Shown here: piece after piece, positions 53,742 to 62,739 of the stretch | How positions within the stretch are numbered: the first letter of the stretch is position 1 | How the letters are laid out: every line of letters begins with the position of its first letter | Origin: a virus | Strand: one strand, 5' to 3' | IMG/VR virus record: IMGVR_UViG_3300044742_000375 | Length of the DNA: 64,000 bases | The notes under the pieces: generated by a model | The model's input: the letters and a program-made list of their open reading frames with translations, nothing else | The model's database searches: none | Told to the model about the DNA's origin: nothing | Program-made: the position numbers and the translations under genes

Positions 53742-55051
53742 TTCCCCGCCTTCAGCGCGGCGACTTCCGCCGCCAGTTCCTTCATCCCGTTCACCAGGGC
53801 GACGATGATCGGCGTCATCGTGATGCCCAATATCGGATCGTCGGTGTCCAGTTTGTCGAAAGGACGCACCGCCAGCGGAATGACCTCGCGCAGGGCCTGC
53901 GCGGCGAAACCGATCTCGCGCGACCCGTCATGGTCGATACGGGTGAATTCGATGGGTTCCAGTTTCAGTATGTCCGCCAGACCGCAGGACGCCGGAACCA
54001 TGTCGGTTTTAAGCCGTGTGTCGGAACCGACGAAGTAATCGACGATCCCGCCAAACCCGCCAATCAAATTGATGCAGTTCTTATCCGACGTGCGCATCTG
54101 GAAAAACGTGGTGAACGGCGCGGGCAACGGACCGATCCACGTCATGTCCCCGGTGGTGGTCGACCAGTGCCAGGCCCAGTTCGGGTCCATCTGCAGAACA
54201 CGCCCGCTCACGTTCGCCGCCAGCGCCATGCTGCCGCCAGCGGCGGTCACCGCGCCGTTGGCGGCCACGTTGTTCCCGGAGTTGAGTTGTCCGGTGTTGA
54301 TCCCAGCCGTGACGTTGAGGACACCGCCTCCGGTCAGGGACATGACGGGGACGCCACCATTGACCCATGTCCGCTCCCCGCCCGCTATCGCCCACTTGTT
54401 GGACCAACCCGGCGTGAACTCCTGGACGAGACTCACGCCGTCGTTATAAAATACCCACGAACCCAGACCCAGGGCCTTGCCGAAAACGCCGTTGGCGGCG
54501 ATGAGTTGATCGGCGAACAGGTTACCGGCGCTGGAGATGGTGCCCGCGTACAACGTGCCCTTGACGCTGAGATTGCCGCCGCCATCCAGGCTCATCAGGC
54601 CGTCATTGGCGCCGATCCAGTGCCGCGCGCCGCCCGCGCTCACCCACACGTCGGACCAACCCGGACGATAGGTCTGGAAATGGTCGCCGTTGGCCGCGAC
54701 CGTCATATACCACTCGTACTCATTAAATTTGTTGATGAGCAGAAAATCCTCGGCGTACAGATTCTTCGCGGTCAGCGACCCGTCGATGCCCATGTCGCCG
54801 CTGATATTTCCGCCGGTCCCGCTCATCTTGGTGTCGGCGTAAGCTTTGTTGACGGCCTGGGACGGCGTGGTGGGATTGTCCACCAGATGCAACGGTCCGG
54901 TCATGAAACCGCCGGACAGGGACAGGAACGGCGCGCCCGTGAACAGCACGTTACTCATGTCCACCTTGCGGCCCCACCACGAATTCCACTCGTTCGCCGA
55001 GGGTACGTACCCCGCCGTCCAGTTCGGTGTTTCCCCCGTGCTGCCGCTCAT
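53738..55051 (-). CDS. tail fibre protein (437 aa) with C-terminal intramolecular chaperone domain
   Basis: track ORF; LSLSGGFMTGPLHLVDNPTTPSQAVNKAYAD fibre motif; C-terminal SDTRLKTDM...[11 protein letters not shown] (about 53741-54028). Confidence 0.8.
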   Translation of the reverse strand: MSGSTGETPNWTAGYVPSANEWNSWWGRKVDMSNVLFTGAPFLSLSGGFMTGPLHLVDNPTTPSQAVNKAYADTKMSGTGGNISGDMGIDGSLTAKNLYAEDFLLINKFNEYEWYMTVAANGDHFQTYRPGWSDVWVSAGGARHWIGANDGLMSLDGGGNLSVKGTLYAGTISSAGNLFADQLIAANGVFGKALGLGSWVFYNDGVSLVQEFTPGWSNKWAIAGGERTWVNGGVPVMSLTGGGVLNVTAGINTGQLNSGNNVAANGAVTAAGGSMALAANVSGRVLQMDPNWAWHWSTTTGDMTWIGPLPAPFTTFFQMRTSDKNCINLIGGFGGIVDYFVGSDTRLKTDMVPASCGLADILKLEPIEFTRIDHDGSREIGFAAQALREVIPLAVRPFDKLDTDDPILGITMTPIIVALVNGMKELAAEVAALKAGK

Positions 55052-55060
55052 GGTCTGTCC

Positions 55061-55429
55061 CTAGCTCTGGATGGAGAGAAGTTGGCTGACCGCCTTGTTC
55101 ATCATGCTGACGGCGCGCGAATCCTCGCTGAACGTATCCTCGCGCAGTTCCGCCCGCCCAACGAGATAATACACGAACGCGGAATAACAGCTGGTATCCA
55201 ACGGAAACGAAGTGCTCATGTCGGTGGCGGCGGTATAGAACGCCAACGGTTTGCGCAGCCCCAGGGGCAGGAACAAATCAGGACGCTTGGTGCGTACCTC
55301 GGCCAGCATGGAATTGATCGCTTCGAACATCTCGTCGTCGGTGTATCTCAGCGCGCCGCCGGACGTGCCGATCTTGTCCTGCAACATCGTGCGGGCCTCA
55401 CCGATGAGCGTGCCGAACGTCCGGCCCAT
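55061..55429 (-). CDS. virion protein (122 aa), possibly head-tail adaptor type
   Basis: track ORF; position only. Confidence 0.6.
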   Translation of the reverse strand: MGRTFGTLIGEARTMLQDKIGTSGGALRYTDDEMFEAINSMLAEVRTKRPDLFLPLGLRKPLAFYTAATDMSTSFPLDTSCYSAFVYYLVGRAELREDTFSEDSRAVSMMNKAVSQLLSIQS

Positions 55430-55776
55430 TACCTGCGTTTCCTCTTACGAACGGGGATGACTTTCTTGACCTTGCCGCCGCGTGCCAGACCTAGTTCCGT
55501 ACGGGGCGGGGGCGCTTCCGAAAGCTCTTTCATCTTACTCCGCGTCGTCCCCGCCGTACCCGATACCACCATACGATCCCTGGGGTCCGTCACGGGGCGC
55601 GTCAAAGCCATCTTCGTCTCCCAACTCAACCCCCGCGAGTTATGCACGCCTCGGTATTTCTTGGCTTCCTCGTCGACGTCGATCTCTTCGTCCGGCTCAA
55701 GCTGCTGCCCCTCGACGAGACCGCCATCCTGAAACCCCCTGCGTTTAACAGGCGCTTTGCGAACCGGCTTTTTCAC
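55429..55776 (-). CDS. Lys/Arg-rich small protein, GGKVKK family member 5 (115 aa)
   Basis: track ORF, GTG start with GTGA overlap; N-terminal RGFQDGGLV, C-terminal ARGGKVKKV. Confidence 0.6.
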   Translation of the reverse strand: MKKPVRKAPVKRRGFQDGGLVEGQQLEPDEEIDVDEEAKKYRGVHNSRGLSWETKMALTRPVTDPRDRMVVSGTAGTTRSKMKELSEAPPPRTELGLARGGKVKKVIPVRKRKRR

Positions 55777-56042
55777 CGGCCCTTCCTCTTGGCTTTGAGA
55801 ACCTTCTTGACGGGAACAACCTTTTTCACCTTACCACCCTTGGCCATCTCCTTGCCGTCGGCGAGATCGCTCATGGACCATGAGTATCCGTCTCTGTTGT
55901 CCAGGTCTCGGAGAGGTTTGCCGGTGTACTGAGCGGTATCGCGCGTCAAAGCGGATGGATCTCTCACCATCTTGTCGTCACCACTAAGCCGCATCCTCGG
56001 AGGAGGCGGACCTCGTGAACTGATTATACCTCTCGGTGCCAT
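55773..56042 (-). CDS. Lys-rich small protein, GGKVKK family member 4 (89 aa)
   Basis: track ORF 55773-56045 trimmed to ATG 56042 (ATGA overlap); C-terminal MAKGGKVKKV. Confidence 0.6.
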   Translation of the reverse strand: MAPRGIISSRGPPPPRMRLSGDDKMVRDPSALTRDTAQYTGKPLRDLDNRDGYSWSMSDLADGKEMAKGGKVKKVVPVKKVLKAKRKGR

Positions 56043-56500
56043 CAACGCCCCCTCTTCTGAGGTAGCTTGCCCTTGTTGATCTGACCCATCGCCGCGTTAC
56101 CCAACTTCTTGACCGCTGACTTGCGTATGACCCACTCGCCCTTTTGCGCGGGTATCAGCCCGTCGTCCTTGCCGATGGGTTTGCCCGCCACGCGTTTGAT
56201 CTTGCCGCCGCGCGCGTTGCCGCCCGCCAGGTCGCCCGGCACGCCGGGCAGACCGCCCGGCACCCCACGCACGTAATCGTTGCTGGCCGAGGGCAATTTC
56301 GGACTGGACGTGTTCTGCGCTTTGTCGCCCGGCTTATCTTCCGGCTTTTTCTCCGGTTTGCTCGCGTCTTTGTAAGCCGAGCCGAGGTCCATGCCGGTTT
56401 TGAAACCACCGGAGATGCTACGCCCCAGGCTGTCCGTGCTCAGCACCTGCCCGCCGTAATCATACCCGCGCACGCGCTTGAGGATCGGTTTCCTGGGCAT
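56042..56500 (-). CDS. Lys-rich protein, GGKVKK family member 3 (152 aa)
   Basis: track ORF; N-terminal RGYDYGGQV, C-terminal ARGGKIKRV. Confidence 0.6.
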   Translation of the reverse strand: MPRKPILKRVRGYDYGGQVLSTDSLGRSISGGFKTGMDLGSAYKDASKPEKKPEDKPGDKAQNTSSPKLPSASNDYVRGVPGGLPGVPGDLAGGNARGGKIKRVAGKPIGKDDGLIPAQKGEWVIRKSAVKKLGNAAMGQINKGKLPQKRGR

Positions 56501-56760
56501 CAGCGTTTCTTCTGAAACGGAAACGGTTTCTTCACCTTACCCCCCTTCTTAAACCCCATGGGCGGCACGGGCCCGCCGGGGTTGGTCGAGGCGCTGGGCG
56601 CGCCGGGACCGCCCGAGGCCAGCGTGGGAGGCCCGGCGGCCGCCGCTGGTGGCGGCGCCGGGGTCACGTTGGTGGGGAGCTTGGCGGCTTTCTTGCTACC
56701 CAACCCGAGCGAGGGCGGCACGGACCTGCCCTTAGCTTTACCGATGGATGGAGGTCTCAT
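56500..56760 (-). CDS. Pro/Lys-rich small protein, GGKVKK family member 2 (86 aa)
   Basis: track ORF; C-terminal FKKGGKVKKP. Confidence 0.55.
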   Translation of the reverse strand: MRPPSIGKAKGRSVPPSLGLGSKKAAKLPTNVTPAPPPAAAAGPPTLASGGPGAPSASTNPGGPVPPMGFKKGGKVKKPFPFQKKR

Positions 56761-57239
56761 TTGCGTTTCCCGAACATCTGACGTTGACCCGCTTTGTCCT
56801 GAGCCTTGTCCTTGGGCGTGCGCTCGTACGCCTTCATGGAGACGCCCATTTTCTTCGCGCCCGCCTTGTCCTGTTTGAGGTCTTTTTTGGAACCTTCGAA
56901 CAGCGGCTTTTTCACCGGGCCTCCCTTGGCGAAGCCGGGATAATCCGCCCGTTCCTGCGCGAATTTTCTGCCCGAGACCACGCTCCGGTCACCCACGGCC
57001 GTGTTCATCCGATTGGTATCTTCCAGAAAACTCTTCTGCCCCTCCGGACTCATCCGGTTGTAAAGCGCGGACGTTTCAGCACCACGCGCGGCTCTGAACC
57101 TTTCCCTGTCGCTATCGGTTTTGGCGGACCTGTCGAACGTCTCTCCTAGCTGATCGTCTTTGTCGATTTGAAATTTGTAACCACCAACCGAGCCGCCCTC
57201 GGCATAACCCTTGCGTTTGGGTACTGGTTTTTTCACCAT
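56757..57239 (-). CDS. Lys-rich protein, GGKVKK family member 1 (160 aa)
   Basis: C-terminal part of track ORF 56757-57641 from ATG 57239 (GGAGG 6 nt upstream); N-terminal KGYAEGGSV, later FAKGGPVKKP. Confidence 0.6.
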   Translation of the reverse strand: MVKKPVPKRKGYAEGGSVGGYKFQIDKDDQLGETFDRSAKTDSDRERFRAARGAETSALYNRMSPEGQKSFLEDTNRMNTAVGDRSVVSGRKFAQERADYPGFAKGGPVKKPLFEGSKKDLKQDKAGAKKMGVSMKAYERTPKDKAQDKAGQRQMFGKRK

Positions 57240-57253
57240 GCGAACCTCCGTCA

Positions 57254-57273
57254 CCGCTGGCCGAAGCCAGCGG
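57254..57273 (-). promoter_or_regulatory. post-capsid stem-loop with UUCG tetraloop (attenuator or RNA-stability element)
   Basis: CCGCTGGC-CGAA-GCCAGCGG on plus strand (loop UUCG on the transcript) between capsid stop 57290 and next start 57239. Confidence 0.4.
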
Positions 57274-57289
57274 TTACTACGGGAGTGAA

Positions 57290-58231
57290 CTAACCCCGAA
57301 CGGCGTAGAGTTCGGTGATGGCGATACCGTCCAGGACCTTGGACGAGTACACCTGCAGACCCCGCAAGAGGGTGGAGAACGACCGCTCGGAGCGCATCTG
57401 CTCCAGCTTGGTGATCTGGCTCGCGAAGGTGAGCCCATGCGGGTGACCGGCGAAGATACGGAACGCGGTGGCCGCGCCCTCGGTCGCCGTCGGCAGCAGG
57501 TTGGATGAGTACAGCGTGAACCGGTCGATCATGCCCAGGCGACCGTTGCGGGTCATGGACACGCCGTCGCCCGAGATGGACGCGTTGCGCAGATCCGACT
57601 TCTTGATCAGCGCCGCGATCCAGGGCGGGATCACCAGCCAACGTCCCGTTTCCGGGATGTTCTGCTCGTCCAGCACGGTGCCCAGGTCCACGATGCTGTC
57701 GATGATGTTGAGCGGCGTCACCGCGATGGGCGTGCCCGTGGCGCCGAGGTTGATGTTCAGCGAGATGCGTCCCGCCGTGGCGCCCTTGTTCGCCGCGACG
57801 ATACCGGCGTCGATGGTGGTGAGCACGTCGGTGTCGATGACGATCTTCATCTGTTCGGCGGCGTCATCCGACCACAGGGAGAGCAGGTTGATGTCGGACT
57901 GCACCTCCATGATGTCGTCCAGGGCTTCGTTGAAGTACTTCGCCTTGTCGATGGTGAAGTCCACGATGTTGGACGACGGACGATCAATGAGCAGGTCCTG
58001 GTTGACCTGATAGTCCCTGATCGTGATGGTCGGTTTGGTGCGGATGTGAACCACGTCGCCCTGGTTCTTGATCTCGCCTTCGTAGTCCGTGTTGGCGATG
58101 GCGCTCAGCACGGTGGCCGAGTAGAACTTCTCGATCAGTTTACCCGACCAGATCTCCGGAATGAACGTGCCGTGGTACGCGGGGGTTTGATTTGCGCCAG
58201 CCCATGGGGTGGCCGCGATTGTGATGGCCAT
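57290..58231 (-). CDS. major capsid protein
   Basis: track ORF (313 aa); strong GAGGAG RBS; directly downstream of scaffold-like gene and portal. Confidence 0.8.
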   Translation of the reverse strand: MAITIAATPWAGANQTPAYHGTFIPEIWSGKLIEKFYSATVLSAIANTDYEGEIKNQGDVVHIRTKPTITIRDYQVNQDLLIDRPSSNIVDFTIDKAKYFNEALDDIMEVQSDINLLSLWSDDAAEQMKIVIDTDVLTTIDAGIVAANKGATAGRISLNINLGATGTPIAVTPLNIIDSIVDLGTVLDEQNIPETGRWLVIPPWIAALIKKSDLRNASISGDGVSMTRNGRLGMIDRFTLYSSNLLPTATEGAATAFRIFAGHPHGLTFASQITKLEQMRSERSFSTLLRGLQVYSSKVLDGIAITELYAVRG

Positions 58232-58261
58232 TGGAGGCCGCTCCTCTCACATATGGGGATG

Positions 58262-59278
58262 TCATGACTGACGGAAGCGTCCTTCGAGCGGAGCCAGGAT
58301 GATATCGCGCTCCAGACGTTCAGCTTCCGCTTCACGCCCGGCCCAATAGCCACGCTGTTTCTGTCGATAGAACGCGTTGACGTCCGCCGTCGTCCAAATG
58401 CGTGCCTCGGGAGCGCCGGGCGCCGGGGATGAGACACTGCGGCCTCGTCCAGGCACCGCCAGATCGGCGAGGGGTAGCCGTTCCGCCGAATCGGTCTGGA
58501 ACGTCTGTGTCCCTGGCTGCTGGCCAACCACGGTCTGCTCGTTCTTGTACGCACGGAAGAACGCGATGGTCCGCGCGGCATCGCCCGAATTGTAAGCGTT
58601 GTCAATAAGAGTTTTACGCGTTTGGCCGCTGAACATGTCCGGCTGGTTCAGCCACGCGATGAAATTCGGGTCCACGTTGATCTGTTCCCAGTCCGGCACG
58701 GCCTGGGACAACGCCACGTCCACGCGTTGCTGCGTCGTGTACGTCGCGAGTTGTTGATTATTTCCCTCCACCGCCAACAGACGCCGCTCGTAATCCTGCA
58801 GGATGGGTGCGTAACGCGCGTCGGCCCATCGCTGCGACGCCTCGATCAGGTCCTGGCCATAAGCTTCGACGTCTTCCGGGGGCACCTCCCGCGTGGGCGG
58901 CGGCATGGGACGTACACGGGGCACGTTCTCGAACGTCTCCTCCGCGCGCCGGGGCTGGTTCATTTGCGCCACCATGTTCCTCAGGGAGTTCAACTCCCCG
59001 CGTAGCTCGGGGACCTCGGTGTTATATTTGCCCTGCAGCGTGTTGTACCGTTGCTCCCAGTCGTTGACGGGTTGTTGCGGAGTCGGTTGCTGGGGCCGGT
59101 CACCCAGGTCCAGCTGTTGCTGGACCGGTTCCTGGTCGCCTTCGCCGTTCGCCACGGGCGTGTCACCCTCGGGCGCGTCGGGAACATTGGCCACGCCCGC
59201 CTCGCGCGCCAGTTCATCGGCGCGCGCCGACGCGCGGCGAACGGCTTCGGGCAGGTATGGTTGATGCGTGTCAGACAT
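58262..59278 (-). CDS. scaffolding protein
   Basis: track ORF (338 aa); Gln/Glu/Ala/Pro-rich, between portal and capsid. Confidence 0.65.
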   Translation of the reverse strand: MSDTHQPYLPEAVRRASARADELAREAGVANVPDAPEGDTPVANGEGDQEPVQQQLDLGDRPQQPTPQQPVNDWEQRYNTLQGKYNTEVPELRGELNSLRNMVAQMNQPRRAEETFENVPRVRPMPPPTREVPPEDVEAYGQDLIEASQRWADARYAPILQDYERRLLAVEGNNQQLATYTTQQRVDVALSQAVPDWEQINVDPNFIAWLNQPDMFSGQTRKTLIDNAYNSGDAARTIAFFRAYKNEQTVVGQQPGTQTFQTDSAERLPLADLAVPGRGRSVSSPAPGAPEARIWTTADVNAFYRQKQRGYWAGREAEAERLERDIILAPLEGRFRQS

Positions 59279-59543
59279 TGGTGGCTACCTTCTTGCCTGG
59301 AGCCGGAAGTTTGGCCTGGCTCATGTGCACGTCGGCGTAAGCGGCGTGCATGGCCTGCCAGACGTGATACATGCCCCTGGCGTACGCTGATTTGTCCACG
59401 CGCGTGGTCACGTCGGAATCCATCGCGGAGATGTACATATTCTGCGAGAACACGCCCAACGCGGCGATCAGGGTCTCGAAATGATTATTCCCACGCAGTT
59501 CCTTGATCGCCGCTATCGCGTCGTTGCCCAGATTCACGCTCAC
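59271..59543 (-). CDS. hypothetical head-module protein (90 aa)
   Basis: track ORF; GTG start after GGAGTGAAAC (junction motif on minus strand); GTGA overlap. Confidence 0.55.
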   Translation of the reverse strand: MSVNLGNDAIAAIKELRGNNHFETLIAALGVFSQNMYISAMDSDVTTRVDKSAYARGMYHVWQAMHAAYADVHMSQAKLPAPGKKVATNV

Positions 59544-59701
59544 GTTTCACTCCATTTCCTCAATGCGTCCGCGATCAGGTCACGCTCTTCCACGGTGAGC
59601 CAGTGCCATGGTGTCACGATGCGGTCGATACCCTGCTCCCACACGCGCGCGTAAAGCAGGTCCTTGATCAGCTTGTCCCGCAGCGCGTCTTTAGAACTCA
59701 T
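59540..59701 (-). CDS. hypothetical small protein (53 aa)
   Basis: below cutoff; MSSKDALRDKLIKDLLYARVWEQGIDRIVTPWHWLTVEERDLIADALRKWSET. Confidence 0.4.
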   Translation of the reverse strand: MSSKDALRDKLIKDLLYARVWEQGIDRIVTPWHWLTVEERDLIADALRKWSET

Positions 59702-60017
59702 TTTTCATACTGTAATCGCCGCTCGGACCAGCCACGCCCTTCTTGCCCGGCCCAAGCCCGCCACGCGCGCGCCTGATCCCGCCGCCACCGCCACGGATCT
59801 GCGACAGCGGGTTGCCGGGGCCACGCTTGCCGTAATGGCCCATCGCGCGGTGCAACGGGTCACCCGGCGTCATGGTGTTCTTCAGCCCCGTGTGCGGCGT
59901 GCTCAATTGTTGGTGTTTGGCGTTTTTACCGCCACCGACATGCGTGGTTTCGGCGCCGCCACCACCCATGCCGAACAACATGCCGCCCACGCCAGAGCCA
60001 AATGACGGGAGTGCCAT
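59691..60017 (-). CDS. Gly-rich basic protein (108 aa)
   Basis: track ORF; GAGGAGGG RBS 5 nt upstream. Confidence 0.5.
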   Translation of the reverse strand: MALPSFGSGVGGMLFGMGGGGAETTHVGGGKNAKHQQLSTPHTGLKNTMTPGDPLHRAMGHYGKRGPGNPLSQIRGGGGGIRRARGGLGPGKKGVAGPSGDYSMKNEF

Positions 60018-60018
60018 A

Positions 60019-60228
60019 TCAACCCTCCTCTTTGAATAACTTCGCGCGCACGGCGGCGTCCTTGGATTCCAGCAGCTTGCGTAGCGCCACGGTGCGCTCC
60101 GGGTTGCGCGGCAGGTCCCTGACCATATCGTCGGCCAACGCGGAAAACCGCTGACTGATCGCCGCGAGATGCGACGGCAGATGCGCGTAGGTGAAAAACT
60201 GCAGAATCCGCTCCGTGACCTCGGGCAT
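60019..60228 (-). CDS. hypothetical small protein (69 aa)
   Basis: C-terminal part of track ORF 60019-60351 from ATG 60228; the upstream extension is Arg-rich and implausible. Confidence 0.5.
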   Translation of the reverse strand: MPEVTERILQFFTYAHLPSHLAAISQRFSALADDMVRDLPRNPERTVALRKLLESKDAAVRAKLFKEEG

Positions 60229-60229
60229 G

Positions 60230-60424
60230 TCAGGTCCCGCAGATGCCGTAGGTGCTGGCTGGCTTCTTCTCCGGGTTCCAGTCCGTGCGGCGGATCGACT
60301 TACCCTTGGGGTAGTGGCGAGATGATCCGGTGGGGCCCGAATTCTCGCCACCCGATCCGCCGCCGGATGCTTTCATGCTGGTACCGGAGCCCGACGACTC
60401 CGTCTTATCGCCTGAATTAACCAT
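60230..60424 (-). CDS. Gly/Ser-rich small protein (64 aa)
   Basis: C-terminal part of track ORF 60230-60637 from ATG 60424; 8-nt overlap with portal stop. Confidence 0.4.
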   Translation of the reverse strand: MVNSGDKTESSGSGTSMKASGGGSGGENSGPTGSSRHYPKGKSIRRTDWNPEKKPASTYGICGT

Positions 60425-62651
60425 GTGGTGCTCCTGATCCTTGTGAGAACGCGTTGAACGACGGTGGCCGGGCGGGTCCCGGCTGGCGTGACTGGCCTCC
60501 CTGGGCCTGGCTCCCGGTTGACGGTCCCGCTGGCCCTTGCGGCCCAGGTGGGCCTTGTGGCGCCTTCTCCTCGCCGGGTTTCGGTTGCTGCTCCTGCCCC
60601 GGCGGACCCGGTGCCGGGGCGCCGACGGACTGGGCATGCGCCTGAACGGCCATTCCCGCCGCCTGGAGGCGCTTCTGGGCGTCCATCTGGGCTTGCAGGG
60701 TCTGGTCGTCGGGCACGATGTCGTCGGGCAGCCCCATGCCCTCGGAGATGGCGCGCAGCAGGCGCGCCCTGCCGATCTCGCCGATGATGGGACCGTCGAT
60801 GGGGTTGGCGGTGATCTGCAGGAACTGTAGCTGACGCTGGCGCTCGGTTTCTTTTTGAGCGGAAACCTTACTCCCCAGGACCTGGACCTGCTCCTGACCC
60901 GTCAACAGGTCCGAGGTATCGGTCAGCATGATCATCTCATGCAGCGCCTCGATCAGCGGCTCCAGGACGTTGGTGTCCACGTTCGCCGCCACGGTCTGCA
61001 ATACCTTGGCGGCGTTGTTCATGAGCATGGACAGGCCCGAGGCGGTACGTCCGGCGCCGCCTGACAGGCTTTCGCCCGTCAGATACCTGGGAATGGCCGA
61101 TTGTTCGTCGGCCATCACGTTCATCGCGTTGATCACACCCAGTAACTCCTGGGTGTTCGACGTGGGTTGGAAGAACGTGACGGGTTCGCGCTGGTTACCG
61201 AGGGGATCGCCCTGCACGTGCCAGCGTTTCCAGGGATACAACTCGTCGCCGTTCTCGGTGGGCGAGACCATCTCGTCGTTGACGATGACCTGGGGGCCCG
61301 AGCTTATCGAGAGGTTGTTCACCAGCGCCCGGTACGCCGCGTTGGCGACCTCCTGGATATCCTCCAGGATATCCGGCAGGGCGTGCCCGGCGATGGTGCC
61401 GGGGACTTTCTCGAAACTGGTGAGATAAAACGGATGGCGTTGCCTTGGAGACGGGTTGATCTGCGTCTTGATGGTCCACCGGCCCACCACCCAACTCTGG
61501 ATCATGTATTCACGGTCCGAATCGGGGATGAGTTTGGGACTCACGCCCTCGTCGAGCAGGGTCTGACCCTGCACGTTGCCGTGGAACTCGATGCCCTCGA
61601 TGTACTGAGATCTATTAAGGCTAGGATCTTCCCGACCTTCGTTGATGGCCTGCTCCGGGTCCGGCGCGTCCAACCACTCGCGTAACCCATGCGCGTAATC
61701 GGTCAGCGCGTTCCTCACGGCGGGCTCGTCATAGCCGGGCACGCCCAGCACATCGTTCAGATCGGCGCGCGTGTATCTCACACGCTGGATGATGGCCGCG
61801 TCGGACAGCGCCGAGGCGCCGGGGGACCAGTAGATATCGAACGGATTGACCCGTTCCCAGAACATCACCGGCTTGTTCTGCAGGCTGGGTCGCTTATCCA
61901 GCCAGGTCAGCCGGGGCACCATGCGCACCACGGGACCTTTCATCACCGCGTAGGGGAACAAAGGCAGATCTTGCAGGAATTCCCCCATGGCCTCGTAAAA
62001 ACCGCCCGCCTGGAGGATATCGTCCATCTTGTCGGTCGCCGCCTGGGCCTGGGTCATGGCGTTGCGGCGCGACGCCTGTTGCGCGGCGTGCAACAGGTTC
62101 ACGTAGCGCATGTGAACCTGGTTCTCCTCGACCGGCTGACCCGCCATCTGGAGCGTCTGGACCTCGGTGGATATCAACTGGAGTATGCTGGTGCGTATCT
62201 CGGGCGGGATCGGCGGGTCGGCGATGGCCCGGAGTTGCCACGGGCGCTCGGTGCCCAGGTAGACATCCCTGAGCAAGGCGGTGGCGCCGCGACATTTATT
62301 CGCTACCTGCCTGGAATAGACCTCCGAGCCACCAAAAGCCTGGATCTGGGACAGTTTCTCGGCGTCGTACTTGCCCTCGAACATGCGTTGGGCGCGCAGG
62401 AGCCGCTGATTGAGCGGATTATTACCCTGATTGCGATGGTTTCTGAATATGAACCATTGCTGGCGTATCCAGGACCCCAGATCGGGCGTCTCCAGGCGTT
62501 TGGAGCCGCTTATTCTTCGAGTATTCGCCTCCTGGTCGCGTCGGTCCAGTTGCGAGGGGGAGATGACACGCAGGAAGCCGCCGTTGTCGCCCGCCGAGCG
62601 CGCCTGGGCGGGGTAAGACGACGATGACAAACCTGCTTGGGCCAATGGCAA
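60417..62651 (-). CDS. portal protein
   Basis: track ORF (744 aa); TTG start 8 nt after GAGGGGG; conserved-looking GRTASGLSMLMNNAAK region; first gene of the virion arm. Confidence 0.88.
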   Translation of the reverse strand: MPLAQAGLSSSSYPAQARSAGDNGGFLRVISPSQLDRRDQEANTRRISGSKRLETPDLGSWIRQQWFIFRNHRNQGNNPLNQRLLRAQRMFEGKYDAEKLSQIQAFGGSEVYSRQVANKCRGATALLRDVYLGTERPWQLRAIADPPIPPEIRTSILQLISTEVQTLQMAGQPVEENQVHMRYVNLLHAAQQASRRNAMTQAQAATDKMDDILQAGGFYEAMGEFLQDLPLFPYAVMKGPVVRMVPRLTWLDKRPSLQNKPVMFWERVNPFDIYWSPGASALSDAAIIQRVRYTRADLNDVLGVPGYDEPAVRNALTDYAHGLREWLDAPDPEQAINEGREDPSLNRSQYIEGIEFHGNVQGQTLLDEGVSPKLIPDSDREYMIQSWVVGRWTIKTQINPSPRQRHPFYLTSFEKVPGTIAGHALPDILEDIQEVANAAYRALVNNLSISSGPQVIVNDEMVSPTENGDELYPWKRWHVQGDPLGNQREPVTFFQPTSNTQELLGVINAMNVMADEQSAIPRYLTGESLSGGAGRTASGLSMLMNNAAKVLQTVAANVDTNVLEPLIEALHEMIMLTDTSDLLTGQEQVQVLGSKVSAQKETERQRQLQFLQITANPIDGPIIGEIGRARLLRAISEGMGLPDDIVPDDQTLQAQMDAQKRLQAAGMAVQAHAQSVGAPAPGPPGQEQQPKPGEEKAPQGPPGPQGPAGPSTGSQAQGGQSRQPGPARPPSFNAFSQGSGAPHG

Positions 62652-62739
62652 CGGATTTGCCCCCTCTATGAACTACCATTAGCGTATAAATCGCTTATGT
62701 GGCAACCATATAGCGGGTCAACCCCCCGCGAGGACCACC

